DNA of 28,578 nt, taken from Dimargaris cristalligena (Eukaryota). The notes under the pieces are model-generated. The model ran no database searches, was not told the origin of the DNA, and was given only the letters and a program-made list of their open reading frames with translations. Below are positions 11,101 to 23,096 of the stretch, piece after piece (position 1 is the stretch's first letter; each line of letters begins with the position of its first letter). The stretch spans positions 62,001 to 90,578 of the forward strand of contig ML002211.1 of the NCBI GenBank assembly GCA_003614675.1, given 5' to 3'. The translations under genes were made by a program, and so were the position numbers.

Positions 11101-12282
11101 TACCAACTTGTAACTATGGCACATCTTCACGAATTTCGGACGGTACCAGTTGCCTGCACTGCCAATATCTCTGCGGTTATTGGGACGAGGAGTACAGTCG
11201 CCCCTTTGATCATGACTGTAGGCGCAACGTTTGCTGTTTTTTTTTTCTCAAGGATGGAGAGGGGGAGTGACAAACCGAAATAGGCAATGGTGGCCAACCG
11301 AAGATGACCGCCATTCAGTTTCCTCGGACTATCATTCTTTATCCATTGCCATTTTCAGAACGTTGTGTGAAATGCCTGCGTAGTCTCGTCTGCTGTTGAA
11401 CTAGCCGCCCACAGGCACAGTGGTCCCAATGTATGCTTGCGAATCGGCCAGCCTGGCGGAGTTTTGGCCGCAAGGGTAATCCTCATTGACTAAACATTCC
11501 AGTACTGGACTCGCACCATTACCGATTTCTTCGGATGCCTAATTATATAGTCTGGTTTACTTAACACCGTTCCCGATTTAGTTGACCACTTGCTAATGAA
11601 TGAGAGTATCCACAGTCTTAGTTTATACTCCAAATAGGGATATAGCCTATTTGACTGTAGTGCCGGGTAAACTGATACCCAACTAAGCATTTCCCACTCC
11701 CTTTAACCGACCATATAGCCCAAAACTCGGCCTACGTGGCTCTGCTTTTAACAAGCGCGGGGGTTGCTTATGTGTAGCGCCATCCCCTTTTCCCTACATG
11801 TACGCTTATTTCTCACACTTTCTGAAATTTATTCCCTGCTGGCCGTATTTAAGGACCTACTTTTACCAACTTGGCTGACCGATTCCTCTTCGTTTGCGCA
11901 TTTCGTCCGGGCCAGTGAATTCTTTTACATACTCTCACTGAACCCTTATCCCTCGCCTATGCAGCTAGTACTTCTTAGTCAACCTCGAATGACCCGGACT
12001 TATTTTTCTTGGCCATATCGCCTTCCTTTCAACTTCCTTAGACACATATTCAATTTAACACCCTAGTGACCCTGCCGTGTTCCCCTTTATACTCGACTCA
12101 GCCCACTCTAGGCCCTGTTTATTGGTATATTTATAGCTCCTATATTACTTTGGCTTTTTCATAGTTTCGGAGTTTAGATATTCCTTACGGACCCTGGTCC
12201 AACCAACTCGGGCTCCCTTTCCCTCTACTTTCTAGTATTTATCCCGTATATTAACCCGGCCCACACCAACCTGTCTTCATAT

Positions 12283-15070
12283 ATGCACAGCTACAAAATT
12301 ATTACCTTTAAGTTGGCTGTACCGGCCCAGGCTAAGCCTTCCCGAGTGGTCAAGAAGACTCAGTTCAAACGGCGGGCTTGCGACCGGTGCGTCGCTCGTA
12401 AAACAGGGTGTGACGGTGAACTGCCCTGCCTTAAATGCCGCTCAGCTGGTGCCAACAACTGTCACTATAGTAAAATCAGCCGACAACCTCCAAGGCGCCA
12501 CAATAAAACCACAACCACCTCTCCGACTTCGACTAATTCCCCACCTCTGCTACCCGCCAGTCCCCCGGGGCTGCTAACCATATCAACTACCCCTGATACG
12601 TGGCCGATTTCACAAGCCAATCCCCTCGTCCAGCCGCGTCTGCCACCCATTTGTACTCCAAGAGATTCCGCCACTATATACACAGGCCCTACCGGTAGCA
12701 CCGGCGTTGTAATTTCCGACCAGGGCCTCAGAGATGGCCAGACCATTTACCAGTCCAGTGCATATGATTTGCCTTCCATTGCCCAAAGTCTGCCGACCCC
12801 TCCTACCCTGGTCGACTGGTTCCAATTTGACGGCTCGGCCCCGTCCGTCGATGGACTACCATCCAAAGCGGCCCCTTTAGTGCCCATCAGTGAGCGACTT
12901 AAATCCCTTACTCAGTCTCTTCGGGGCCCCGAGGGGCCTAGCGGTAATAGCAACCGCCTCCCCAACCGGAGAGGACCGCCCCCACGCTTAGTCTCAAATA
13001 CTATCACTCAGCATCTATCCTCCCCCCCATTCAGTTGTATATCCACCACGGGCCACCCATCATCGCCGCTGGGCGTATCGGGCAACTCTTCCTTTGCGTC
13101 GTCGATGTCATCACCACATCTGTCATTTACTGTGTCTCACTCCGTAGGGCCCTATACATCCCCTTCGTCGGTCAATTTTTTAGACATGAGCAACTTGGAC
13201 CTCATCACCAAAGAACTATACAACGAGCAGTTTGCCCTCCAAATTGGCCGTCTGAACCAACTCACTCGTCCCCTCAAATCCCAGGAGGACACTCTTTACG
13301 CACCGGGTCTCACGCGAACACTAGTTGCCATATTCGTGCTCAATCATGCACGTAATTTTACCCGTCCTTATCTAGATCGCCTGATTCGAAAACTAGACCG
13401 CCAAGAATTAACCCCTTTGGCCCTCAACTACCTGTTAGGATTTGCTATTGGTGTGCTGCCCCATGGTTCGCTGTCCCCCATTGCTCGCCGTAACATTACC
13501 ACCGCCTACTTGGAGCGAATTTACTACCTGGCCATGGGCCAGTTTGAAGGCGATGCGGCACTTGACACGCCCTACATTTTGTATTTGGCCTCTCGGCTCC
13601 ATGTGTTCAGTAAAACCAGCGATAAATACTCCTTCTTCGTCGGTAGGTACCATTGGCTCGTTGTTTGAACATAGATTTCAACCCAGTGTATTTATCCCCG
13701 TTATTCTATGTAGTTCAGTTTAGGGAAGGCTATTTTAGTATACCTATGTATCCGCTGCCCATCAGCCATGCGAACTATTCGCAAGTAGATTAAATTGTCT
13801 AATGGTGTTTGACCCCCCCTCCGCCATACCTATTGTATATACTCCAATCACCTGCTAAACTTTTGAATTCGATTTTAAGCGCTTGGTATTAGGTAAGGTC
13901 AGCCCCCCCACCTCCCTCCCTTCTTCCATGGGTTAAGCCTTATTATTAATTTTTTGCGCATCTATGAGCAATTTCAATACTGCCTCAATTTTGGTGGCGT
14001 TTCCCTGTCCATATGGTAGCTCCAACCATCCACCTGTTACTTATAGAACGCGCCGTTTTCATTGCACTTGTTATATTAGAATGATAACCCAGATGCGTTA
14101 CCACATCGTCGATCTACCCACCCAAATTACTTATGGCCCTGAGACACTTGTGGCTGTTCTGCGTAAAGAATACAAACGTCGTATATTCTGGGAGATCACC
14201 GCCTTGGATAGCCTAATCTGTTGCTTTTTGGGAATCCCGGGAAATTTTCGGGAAGAAAATATTTGCGTTGATCCCATTGATGACCGACTTCTTGGTCATT
14301 TATTGCAGCTAGCTCCGGATGACGACGTCTTTCCAGCCATTATTCCGGCCCTTGGGACTACGGTTTGCGGTAACCCGGTACTTATCCGACTTACCCATCT
14401 AGTATACAAGGCCAGTAATTTGCGAGCCAAAATCCTACCCCCCAATAGTGTCTCGGATTTCCGGCCCTACTACGAACTTAATGCCCATCTTCAGACTGTC
14501 CACCGGGAGTTGTTACAAATGTTCCCATTACCCCGATCTAACAAAATACCCAGCCATTTGACGGCTGCTCAGATGCTGCAATTCACCGGACTCGGTATGA
14601 TCCATTCCGCCTTTACCTCGGTAGTTCTTTTACTGAATACGCACAACTGGTCGTTTGGGGCCAGGGCCATCCGCCCCGAGACCGACCCTTTTCTGCATCA
14701 AATGGGTCTACGCGCGGCCCTCCAATTTACAGATTATTGTCTACCATTCTTGAGGCATCTACCGCCGCAGCGCCACCATTTGTGTGCCAGTAACTGTTGT
14801 TTCCTGGCGGCCTATCGACTTGCTATTTATTTAGGGCAGCTTAAAGAAACTATGGCTGTTGCTCCCGAGACTCCCCTAATATTTAACCAAACGCTAGATA
14901 CGATCCGGACATATATTACATATTTGGACGAATACCGGGCCTATGTCACTTACGTGGATTCCTACCAAGCCTTGCTGCAGCAGCAGCTCTATGATGTGGG
15001 GGTTGATGTAAATGTGGCCCGAATCGAGAGTACCCGCCACACCGGTAACCAGGTAGTTGAACCAGTTTAA
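12283..15070 (+). CDS. Zn(II)2Cys6 transcription factor with fungal-specific TF (middle homology-like) region, paralog 1; exons 12283-13642, 13880-13892, 14080-15070 (787 aa)
   Basis: RRACDRCVARKTGCDGELPCLKCRSAGANNC (C-x2-C-x6-C-x5-C-x2-C-x7-C) and downstream YH-x-VD...EYKRRIFW...D motifs. Donors GTAGGT (13643) and GTAAGG (13893); acceptors AAG (13879) and TAG (14079). Exon lengths sum to 2364 nt, in frame. Confidence 0.88.
13880..13892 (+). other. 13-nt coding micro-exon of TF paralog 1 (CGCTTGGTATTAG, gives A-L-G-I-R)
   Basis: Flanked by a branch-like GCTAAAC and ttttAAG upstream and GTAAGG downstream. It reconciles the phase-1 donor with the phase-2 acceptor and is homologous to the micro-exon in paralog 2. 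Confidence 0.85.
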
Positions 15071-16866
15071 GATGGGATGCCACTCGCTGTTTGTTATATT
15101 ACTTATAAACTAATACTGTCATGGGAATTTATTCAAGGCCCTATTGTGATGTGGCCCGAGCTTCCATAATGCCATCAGATCACACGGACCATCACCGGGA
15201 GATCGGAACCGGGCCATCAATTTCGGACCTGGCTTTATCAAATTTCAACTAGTTTTATCAACGTTCTGACATGTACCGGTGGCTTCACCTGCAATCCTTG
15301 CTACGAAATAAGACCCTGTTTTAGTTATCTAAAGGTTTGCTGACCTTCTTTTTGTCATCTCACGGACATCCCAACTCGTGGGACCTTGTTTTCTGACTCT
15401 GACGGAGTGCTGACCCTACCGTTGCACATCAGCCCCACGAGCCTTTGGGTAAGCATCTTTATTGTATAATCGTCCTATTTAATTCAGTGGCTAGTAGAGT
15501 TGCCACTGATAAGGACGATCTCCCTTCCAACAATGATTACTTGTTAGGACAACAACCGGCCGAGAAGGCCTTATCAGAGGGCTAATTCCATATTGCCCAA
15601 ACCCAGCAATGAACATACACTGTTTGCCACAAAATGATACAATAGGTATGTGTTTTCCATGTGTAGGCTGTGCAGTATAATCCCCTCCTGTTTTGGATGC
15701 AAGGGGGGGTTAGCCTTCATAATGCAAATGGTCGACTTTGACTTTTAATATACACGCGCGTTTTGAATTTGCTAAGTTGGAGGAGGGGCCATGGACGCTA
15801 GCCCCTATTGTCGGCCCAATTGTAATATTTACTGGCGATTATTCCCCCTTATATTGATGGAGTAGAAAGGTCGAACTGGGCTAAAGCATCTAACAAGAAT
15901 TGGGATTGAAGACCAAGCTGGCCCCCCAAGTAACCAGCTGTATCGACACTTATAGTGCATGGTGTACCTCATTGTCACATGGATGGGCTTACGTGTTCAT
16001 TTCCTAGCTGACTAGAAGTGCGAAGGTACGAATATGCCAATTGGATCTGTGAAGGTTTCGGCCATTTTCACCTTTTCTTGAAGGATCTATTAGTCGTGTG
16101 ATTGGCGGAGGCAGCTAGAAAACAATACCCAGTTCCCTACCGATAATTCTTCAAAATATACACTACTCTATTACGAGTGTCATTCATCAACTACCCATTC
16201 GGATGGACTATGGGTTGGGAAGTGAAAAAATCATAATATGGGTCTGGGATATTTTTTGCCCTAAGATTGACCTGTAACCCTAATGTAACGACGGCTGGAG
16301 GTGTCTTAAAAAGGCAAGTAATACACAAACATACTACAACCTCTCTCTCCATGTAGCTGGGCGGGGTGTTTATCCTCAAAACCCATCGTACCTTGGCTTC
16401 TCATTCACTTGCACACCTACCGTGTGGCGCCCCTTCCAGTTGATAGTGAAGGGCAAAATAATACTTGGAAGGGTTTATATCGGCTTCCGATTTTGTATTT
16501 AAACGCACGCCTCCACGCCCCCACCCTTGGGGGAGTTGACCTCTTCGGCAGCGGGACTTCAACTTGATTTTGTCCGCCGGTTCATCGGTACTCCGTAATC
16601 TCCCACGGCGCTTGGTCCCTATAATATTCTCTCCCGAAAACGCATGTCCCTTTGTGTTCTTTCTGTAAGCAGTACCCACATTCTTGGATAATTTCCTAAT
16701 ACCTAGTTGGCTGGCCCCCTATTACATACTTACATGCCACGCCCGCCCTCAACCGTGGTTTTTTTTTCTTCCCCGAATTCCCCTTGCCAGCATACTATTT
16801 TGAAGGCGCACTGTTCTACCACTCTCCTGAACCTCCTCTGCCATACATGCCATTACTCACCCGTCC

Positions 16867-19821
16867 ATGGGCGAATATGAAATTCTGAGCTTTAAACTGG
16901 ACGTGGCGCCGGGCGGTAATGCCTACCACCAGCCTCCAACCTACCGGCGCCGGGCCTGCGACCGCTGTGTGGCCCGTAAAATCGGCTGCGACGGGAAACT
17001 GCCCTGCTCCCGTTGCCAGCGGGCTAACCACCAGACCCAGTGCCACTATAGTACTATTAGTCGTCAGCCCCCTAAGCGGCGGTCGAAGCCGAGTCAGACT
17101 CGGGGTCCACAGCATCCACCGCCCCTCCTCCATGGTCCGGAATTGGCATTACCCACCCTCCCGGATTCAGGCAGGCCTGGGTCACCACCACTACTACCAC
17201 CACAGCTGCCGCCCGGGTGTTGGCCTAGGACCCCCCTCCCCGCGCCAGTCAGTGGCACAGTGGGCTCTTCATTCGCCTTAGTGGCTGTTGCTTTGCCTGC
17301 CGCCCCCCTTTCGCCCCAGACCACTAGCTCTGGGCCAGCTAGCAGTGTACCAAGCGTGTCTCAGTCCCTCCTATCTAACCTTTCCAGCTCACCCCCTTCA
17401 CCTTCCCCAGCTCAGCTTAACTCTCGGCCCCCTTTGCCTTCATTTATTGAGGTTATTCAGCAATGTAAACCAGCCACCACTATTATTACCTCACGTCCTC
17501 CTACTGGGACAAGAGCACTAGGTTCGGTTTCCACTGACCCTTCAGCTCACCGGCCAACAACAACTGGAACTACTGTCGCATTATTTAATGTACCTCCGAC
17601 TCCACCACACCTCCCATGCCCACCCGCCGCGTCCACTCAGCAGCTCTCGCTCGACGTTCGATTACGCCACTTAATCCAGTCCTTGGATCTAACGGGACCA
17701 ACTACTATGCCGCAGGATCACAGCGATTCGATATGCCTCAATGGTATTTACTCCAATCATCATCATCATCATAGGGCGGAAGGTGGTGGTGGTGATGATG
17801 ATGATGTTGGCCAGGACCCAAAAATTCCCGCCTGGGACGATAACAACAGTCTTGGTTGGTTTAGCTATAACCCGTATGATATGACCATTGACATCCCGGC
17901 CTTCTTCGCCGGCCCGCATGGATCCCAGTTTCTGCAACGCTTCTACCAATTGGGCGGACTACTTACCCAGCGAACCCTCCAGTCCCGTGAGGAAGCCATC
18001 TACCACCCCCGGTTGGTGCACTCGCTGGTGGCCATCTACGTTGGTCAGCAGGTGCGCGTTTTCCAGCGTTTATATCTCGAACGGATTTACCGCAAAATCC
18101 GGCGGGGTGAGGTATCTGCCGCCGTCTTGAACTACCTCTTGGCCTACGGGTCGGCCGTGGTCCAATCCACCCCTAGTGCCCGGCGTGCAATATCCGCGAT
18201 ATATTTTGAGCAACTCCGTAGTACTATTCCCGGGGAAATGGCTAGACCGACTTTAGAGACCCCCTACCTGATTTACCTTATTGGTTCACTGCACGCCACA
18301 ATTAATGAAAGCGAGGGCTTTGGTTACTATATAGGTAAGTTCAAGAGCCTCCTCCTCCTCCCTTTTCTTCCCCTACCTCATTCACTGATTATCTATAATA
18401 GGTTCTATTCGCCCGCCTTAGGCGCAGGTGTGGCTTGATTACCACTTAAGGCCGGACTTCAATTTTAGCGATTGGCTCAGCAAGGGTCCAATGTCCAGCC
18501 CCGACCTGTTTCCTTCTGATTCTTAAATGATACTTATTCGCTTCCTCGTAATTACTTTCTTAAAAACCCTAAAATACCATTGGCCATCTGTGTATTGACT
18601 TATTCGACAATTAGCATTGGGCAAAAGGTATAGTCGCTATACTATTCAATCATTGCCCGGAATCCCTCCCTACCTTACTTTGTCCTTGGGAAACTTATGG
18701 CCCAATTATCTACGGCTAAACTATTCCCCCTCTCTGACATATCCTCCTAACCATTTTGTATATTTGCAAAAATTTATTTCTTCACATGCACGAATAGACT
18801 CATGCTAGAAGCAAACTACCATCTAGTCGACCTCCCGAACACCGAGACAGGCGCGGCGATAGTCCACTCCTCTGTATCATTCGACCTATATGTCGAGTTG
18901 ACTAAAGAGTACAAGCGCCGGTCCATCTGGGAGCTCGCCACCTTTGATAATCTCATTTTCTGTATGCTTGGCTCCCGCAGTTTTTTCACCGCCACCCGTA
19001 TGAAGGCCCGCCCTATCAATGACCGGCTAATACACCAGCTGTTCCAGCTGAACCCGGACCAAGACAACTTCCCGATCCTTATACCAGGTATTAGGCATAC
19101 CCTTTGCGGGTACCCCACTCTGATCGACTTGGCCCTGATTGTGGGTAAAGTGGCCGACCTGCGGGCCAGTGTCGCCGAAGCGGTGGAGGCTACTGGTGAA
19201 CCCGACCTGACCCTGTATTACCAACTTAATAATGAATTGGACCAGCTCCAGGTGCGACTCTTAGCCGAGTACCCCCTACCGGAGGACGAGCCCAGCGGTG
19301 AGTTAGTCGAACGAAACGCGGCTTACTTTAGCAGTCTGTATACCCTGCACTCGACATTCTTCTCCACCCAGATGATCCTTAATGTTTATAATTGGAATAT
19401 TTCGGCCCCAGCCAGACCCGCCAGTCAAAGCGAAACCAGGCAAACCGTAATAACCCCCTTCCGCCCCGAACAACACCCCGCATTCCGCTACCGGGGCCTC
19501 CAGGCGGCGCGATTTTTCGACCGGCAATTATACCCCATTATTCGCAAACTGCCCTTCCAGTTCCATACCAATGTGTTTAGCGGGGCGGCCTTTCTCAGTG
19601 CACTTACCTTTGCGCTCATTTTGCCCTCCGACCCCACGGTCAATATGAGGCACGTGAACCAGTGCGTTCGAGATTATCTCGACTACCTAGCGGAACTAAC
19701 GAAGTATATTTCGTACGTACAGTCCTATATTGTTCTACTCGGTCACTTGCTGACCACCCTTAATTTGCCGCCGGTGAATGACACGACCCTTCAAGTATAC
19801 CCACGGAGCCACTTCAGCTAA
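16867..19821 (+). CDS. Zn(II)2Cys6 transcription factor with fungal-specific TF region, paralog 2; exons 16867-18334, 18615-18627, 18798-19821 (834 aa)
   Basis: RRACDRCVARKIGCDGKLPCSRCQRANHQTQC, YHLVDLP and KEYKRRSIWELATFD. Donors GTAAGT (18335) and GTATAG (18628); acceptors TAG (18614) and TAG (18797). Exons sum to 2505 nt, in frame, and are collinear with paralog 1. Confidence 0.88.
17758..17806 (+). repeat. Compound coding microsatellite (CAT)5...(GGT)4(GAT)4 encoding HHHHH-RAE-GGGG-DDDD
   Basis: Read directly from the sequence inside exon 1 of TF paralog 2. Confidence 0.85.
18615..18627 (+). other. 13-nt coding micro-exon of TF paralog 2 (CATTGGGCAAAAG, gives A-L-G-K-R)
   Basis: Preceded by a branch-like TTGAC and aatTAG, followed by GTATAG. 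It restores the frame and has the same length and peptide pattern as in paralog 1. Confidence 0.85.
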
Positions 19822-21697
19822 TGATTCGGGCGGTTTGGACCAGTAGAAGGCGCGGCTGTATAGACGGATGACTATGAGTTACGACAGCCATCTTGAGATT
19901 GTTATCATAAATATGCCATAGAACGGACATCATATGGGAAAGATTCAACCAGGCTGTATAACATAAAATCCGTTGGATGAGGCAAATATTATTGGTTAAT
20001 AATGAATCTCCCGCACATTTCCCCATATGCCTACCATTTAAACGCCTATACAGTTGGGCCGAACTTCACCCATATCGTGTATTTAATTTATTTTCCTTTA
20101 GTTCCCCAAAACCAGTATGCGGTCTTTACACTATTTTAGCTATTACACAAAACGAACGGAGCAGATATGATCATGCTTAATTTCGCTTAATTTCCTAATT
20201 CAATATTGTTCAATTAAGGGTATGTAACCGATTAGTTCCAGAAAGGTGGCCTACAGAGAGTTAGGCTGATATCGCCTTTGTATAAAGGTGTGAATCGAGG
20301 GTATTGGTGGGGTTTTTTTAAATTATTATAATATGTACTGTATGGAGGGTTCACCATTGGCCTGTGATTGGGACTCCCGAATGTCCCTTAGTGCCCTCCT
20401 ATACCATTTCATTTGATGTGTGCTATTCGTTGCTTTCATTTTTGCCCTGTGATTCACTGGTATGGTACAGCAAATATACCATGTATTGCCAATTCCGTTG
20501 GGTTTGAGGTATTTGCACTCCCCTCGGGCCATGTTCCATGTATCCACCCATTCTGACCCATTGTGGTGCTTGCCTAGCCGTTTGAGCTGTTATGCGAAAT
20601 GCCTCCAAGGAATTCCGGAGGTAATGAAGGGGGAGGGGTTAATTTGGAGTGTTACACAGTGTACCTTGGTATACGTAGGCCAAGTATCTGGTCACGTTGA
20701 TCGATTACTTTTAAAATAGTCGCTCAGGCAGATTATTCTTCCATTCTCCCTTCTCCTGTCTTCCCGTTAACCCACTATATCGACAATGTACACTATTGTG
20801 ATTATGGTTAATATCGGTTATAGTGGACGGAACGAGCATGTTGGCCGCGGTGAGAGGCCGTGTTTCGCAGGTTCGTAGCTAGGACCTCGCCTACTATATT
20901 ATAGCAATTTAGATAATATACCTTCATCATTGGTGTTTGCTTAGTTGTACGAGCAATGATGGGTTGCGACATCTTACTTCCCTTCCCCCCTCCCCTTGCC
21001 GACCTTAACGGAATATTGATCTCTCTCTTTCTCTCTCTCTCCGTTTTCTCATCTGGTACACATAAACAGTCAGTGCTTAAAGGGCTAGGGTATACAATGG
21101 GACGGGGTGGGTGATTTTTTTGGAAGGGGTAAAGCCTCATGAGCATTCCGCTCAGAGTCCACAGTGTCAGTTTCATCAGTGCGAGGTATCTCTCCCACAT
21201 CCCCATTGTTATTTAAGGCTGTTTTTTTTTTATTACGGAAAGTCACTCAAGGCAACACAAGTAACAGTGGTGGACCTTAAATGTACTACCCATTTGGCAG
21301 CTCACCATGGGAAAATGAGGAGGGGGGAGAAGGGGAAGGATGGGGTAGGTGTTCTCTACAGTCTATTTACGCTTAATACCGTTTATGTTGGCTGGGGTAT
21401 TATGGTATTTGTCTGACAGTATACTGGGCATCCTCCATAGAAACTGACTATAAAAAACTCCCTGGCCGCCCAAAAATGGCTCTATTTCCCAATCATCTTT
21501 ATCAATCGACCGTTTTTATATGTATCTTCTGTATTTATCTCTATTAATATTTACATTCTGGACAGTAGTTTATTCTTTATCACGTTACCCTTTTTTTGAA
21601 TGACCTTTTTAATTGGCTATTAGCAATATTACCATTTGAGGTTCAATAAGTGTTCCCTTTTCACACTCACATTCACATACGCCCCCGAGCCTTCATA

Positions 21698-23096
21698 ATG
21701 ATGTCATATAGTGCTTGGTGGTTGTTTGCACTGGCTGCTTCGGCGGTTTCGGCCAACGGTAAGGGTTTATATAGTTTTAATATATTGTTAGACTATTTAA
21801 TAATAAAATATCCGGTATTTAGTCCCAAGATGGAGGGGGGGGTATAGGGACTACTAGTGTGGCCAAGGCCACCTGTCAATCCCACGGCTGTAACGCCGAT
21901 GCTAGGACCCCTAACAAACTCTAACCTACCTTTTCCAGTGGGATTATGGCCATATTTATCTTTGGTGCGTGACATTAGACTGCAGTCAGGATTACGATAT
22001 CATCTCCCAGGACGGGATTAACGACATTTCCCAGTGTGCCAGGATGTCGGGGAATATCCGGGTCGCTTCGACAAACCTCACAACTCTACACCTTCCTAAC
22101 CTTACGGTCTTACGCGGCGACCTATTCATCAAGGACAACGATTACCTCAAGTCCGTTGAACTTCCCCGCCTTCTGCGTTTGAATGGGGCGTTGGCGCTAT
22201 TCAAAAACGGTGTTCTGGAAACTCTGGATACACCGGCCCTAACCTACCTCCGGTCCCTCGAGGCCGTTGACAACCCGCAGTTGAAAAACGTGGGTTTCCC
22301 CGCTGAACTCCGGGACATTGACCTGCTCCGTTTGGTGGGTAGTCGGGTGATTAAGCTGGGCGGTATTAAGCCCCAGGGCGTAGGGAGCATTGAGATTGTG
22401 GATAACCCGGAAATGGATACAATCTCCTTTAACCACCTCGTCAAGGTGCACAGCTCTCTGCGAATTGCCAACAACCACGAAACATGCAGCTTACATTTGC
22501 CCAGCCTGACTAACATCGGCCGGGGCCTGGAGCTGGCCCACCTGCGGATTGTCAAGGCGCCCCGGCTCGAATCGGTCGGAGGGGGGGTGCACGTCCACGA
22601 CAACTGGTTCGAGGAGATTGAGCTCGACGACCTGACCGAAGTAGAAGAATCGGTGCGGCTCCACAACAACTCCCAACTGCGGGTCTTCTCCTTACGGGCT
22701 TTGGAGCGGGTCGGGGGCAGTTTGGTGGTGTACAACAACACCCAGCTGGAAAGTATCGCCGACCTGGATGAACTGGAGACGGTGAACGGGGACATCAATA
22801 TTCGGGGTTCGTTCCGGACGCTGTCCATGCTCCAGTTGGAACAGACGGCCGGCCGCATCATTATCAAGAGCACGGAGCGCCTTGACTGCAAGGATATCAA
22901 GAAAAACCTGGCGATCAAACCGGCCAGTGACAAATGGGTGTGTCAGGAGGAGGTGGACCGGAATGAAGTGATTGCGTTGGCGGAGTCGGACCAAAGTGGG
23001 GGTAAAAATGGAGCCGTTCAGCCGACGCCGGGTTGGTCCATGGGTATTGCGCTGGGAGTCACGGGTCTGATGTCTATAGTCCAGTTCCTGTTTTAA
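21698..23096 (+). CDS. Ecm33/Pst1/Sps2-like GPI-anchored cell-surface protein with receptor L-domain repeats; exons 21698-21758 and 21979-23096 (392 aa)
   Basis: Exon 1 encodes the signal peptide MMSYSAWWLFALAASAVSAN. Intron GTAAGG(21759)...TAG(21978) gives an in-frame join G+AC = Asp. Repeated LPxLxxVxGxLxIxxNxxL units, N-terminal C-x17-C and C-terminal Cys pair, then a KNGA omega-site region and hydrophobic C-terminal tail. Confidence 0.88.

Noticed and set aside
13964-15070. ORFs 13964-15070 and 18802-19821 as stand-alone genes
   Set aside because: They are the final exons of the upstream Zn2Cys6 genes; the splice sites and micro-exons give continuous, mutually alignable proteins.
15547-15562. 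CTTCTCGGCC on the minus strand resembling the U2 snRNA 5' end
   Set aside because: The match stops after ~10 nt; there is no GUAGUA branch-pairing sequence or Sm site.
20326-21416. Several overlapping 60-130 aa ORFs between TF paralog 2 and the Ecm33-like gene
   Set aside because: No motifs, no coding-like codon bias, many non-ATG starts, and they include a (CT)n microsatellite.
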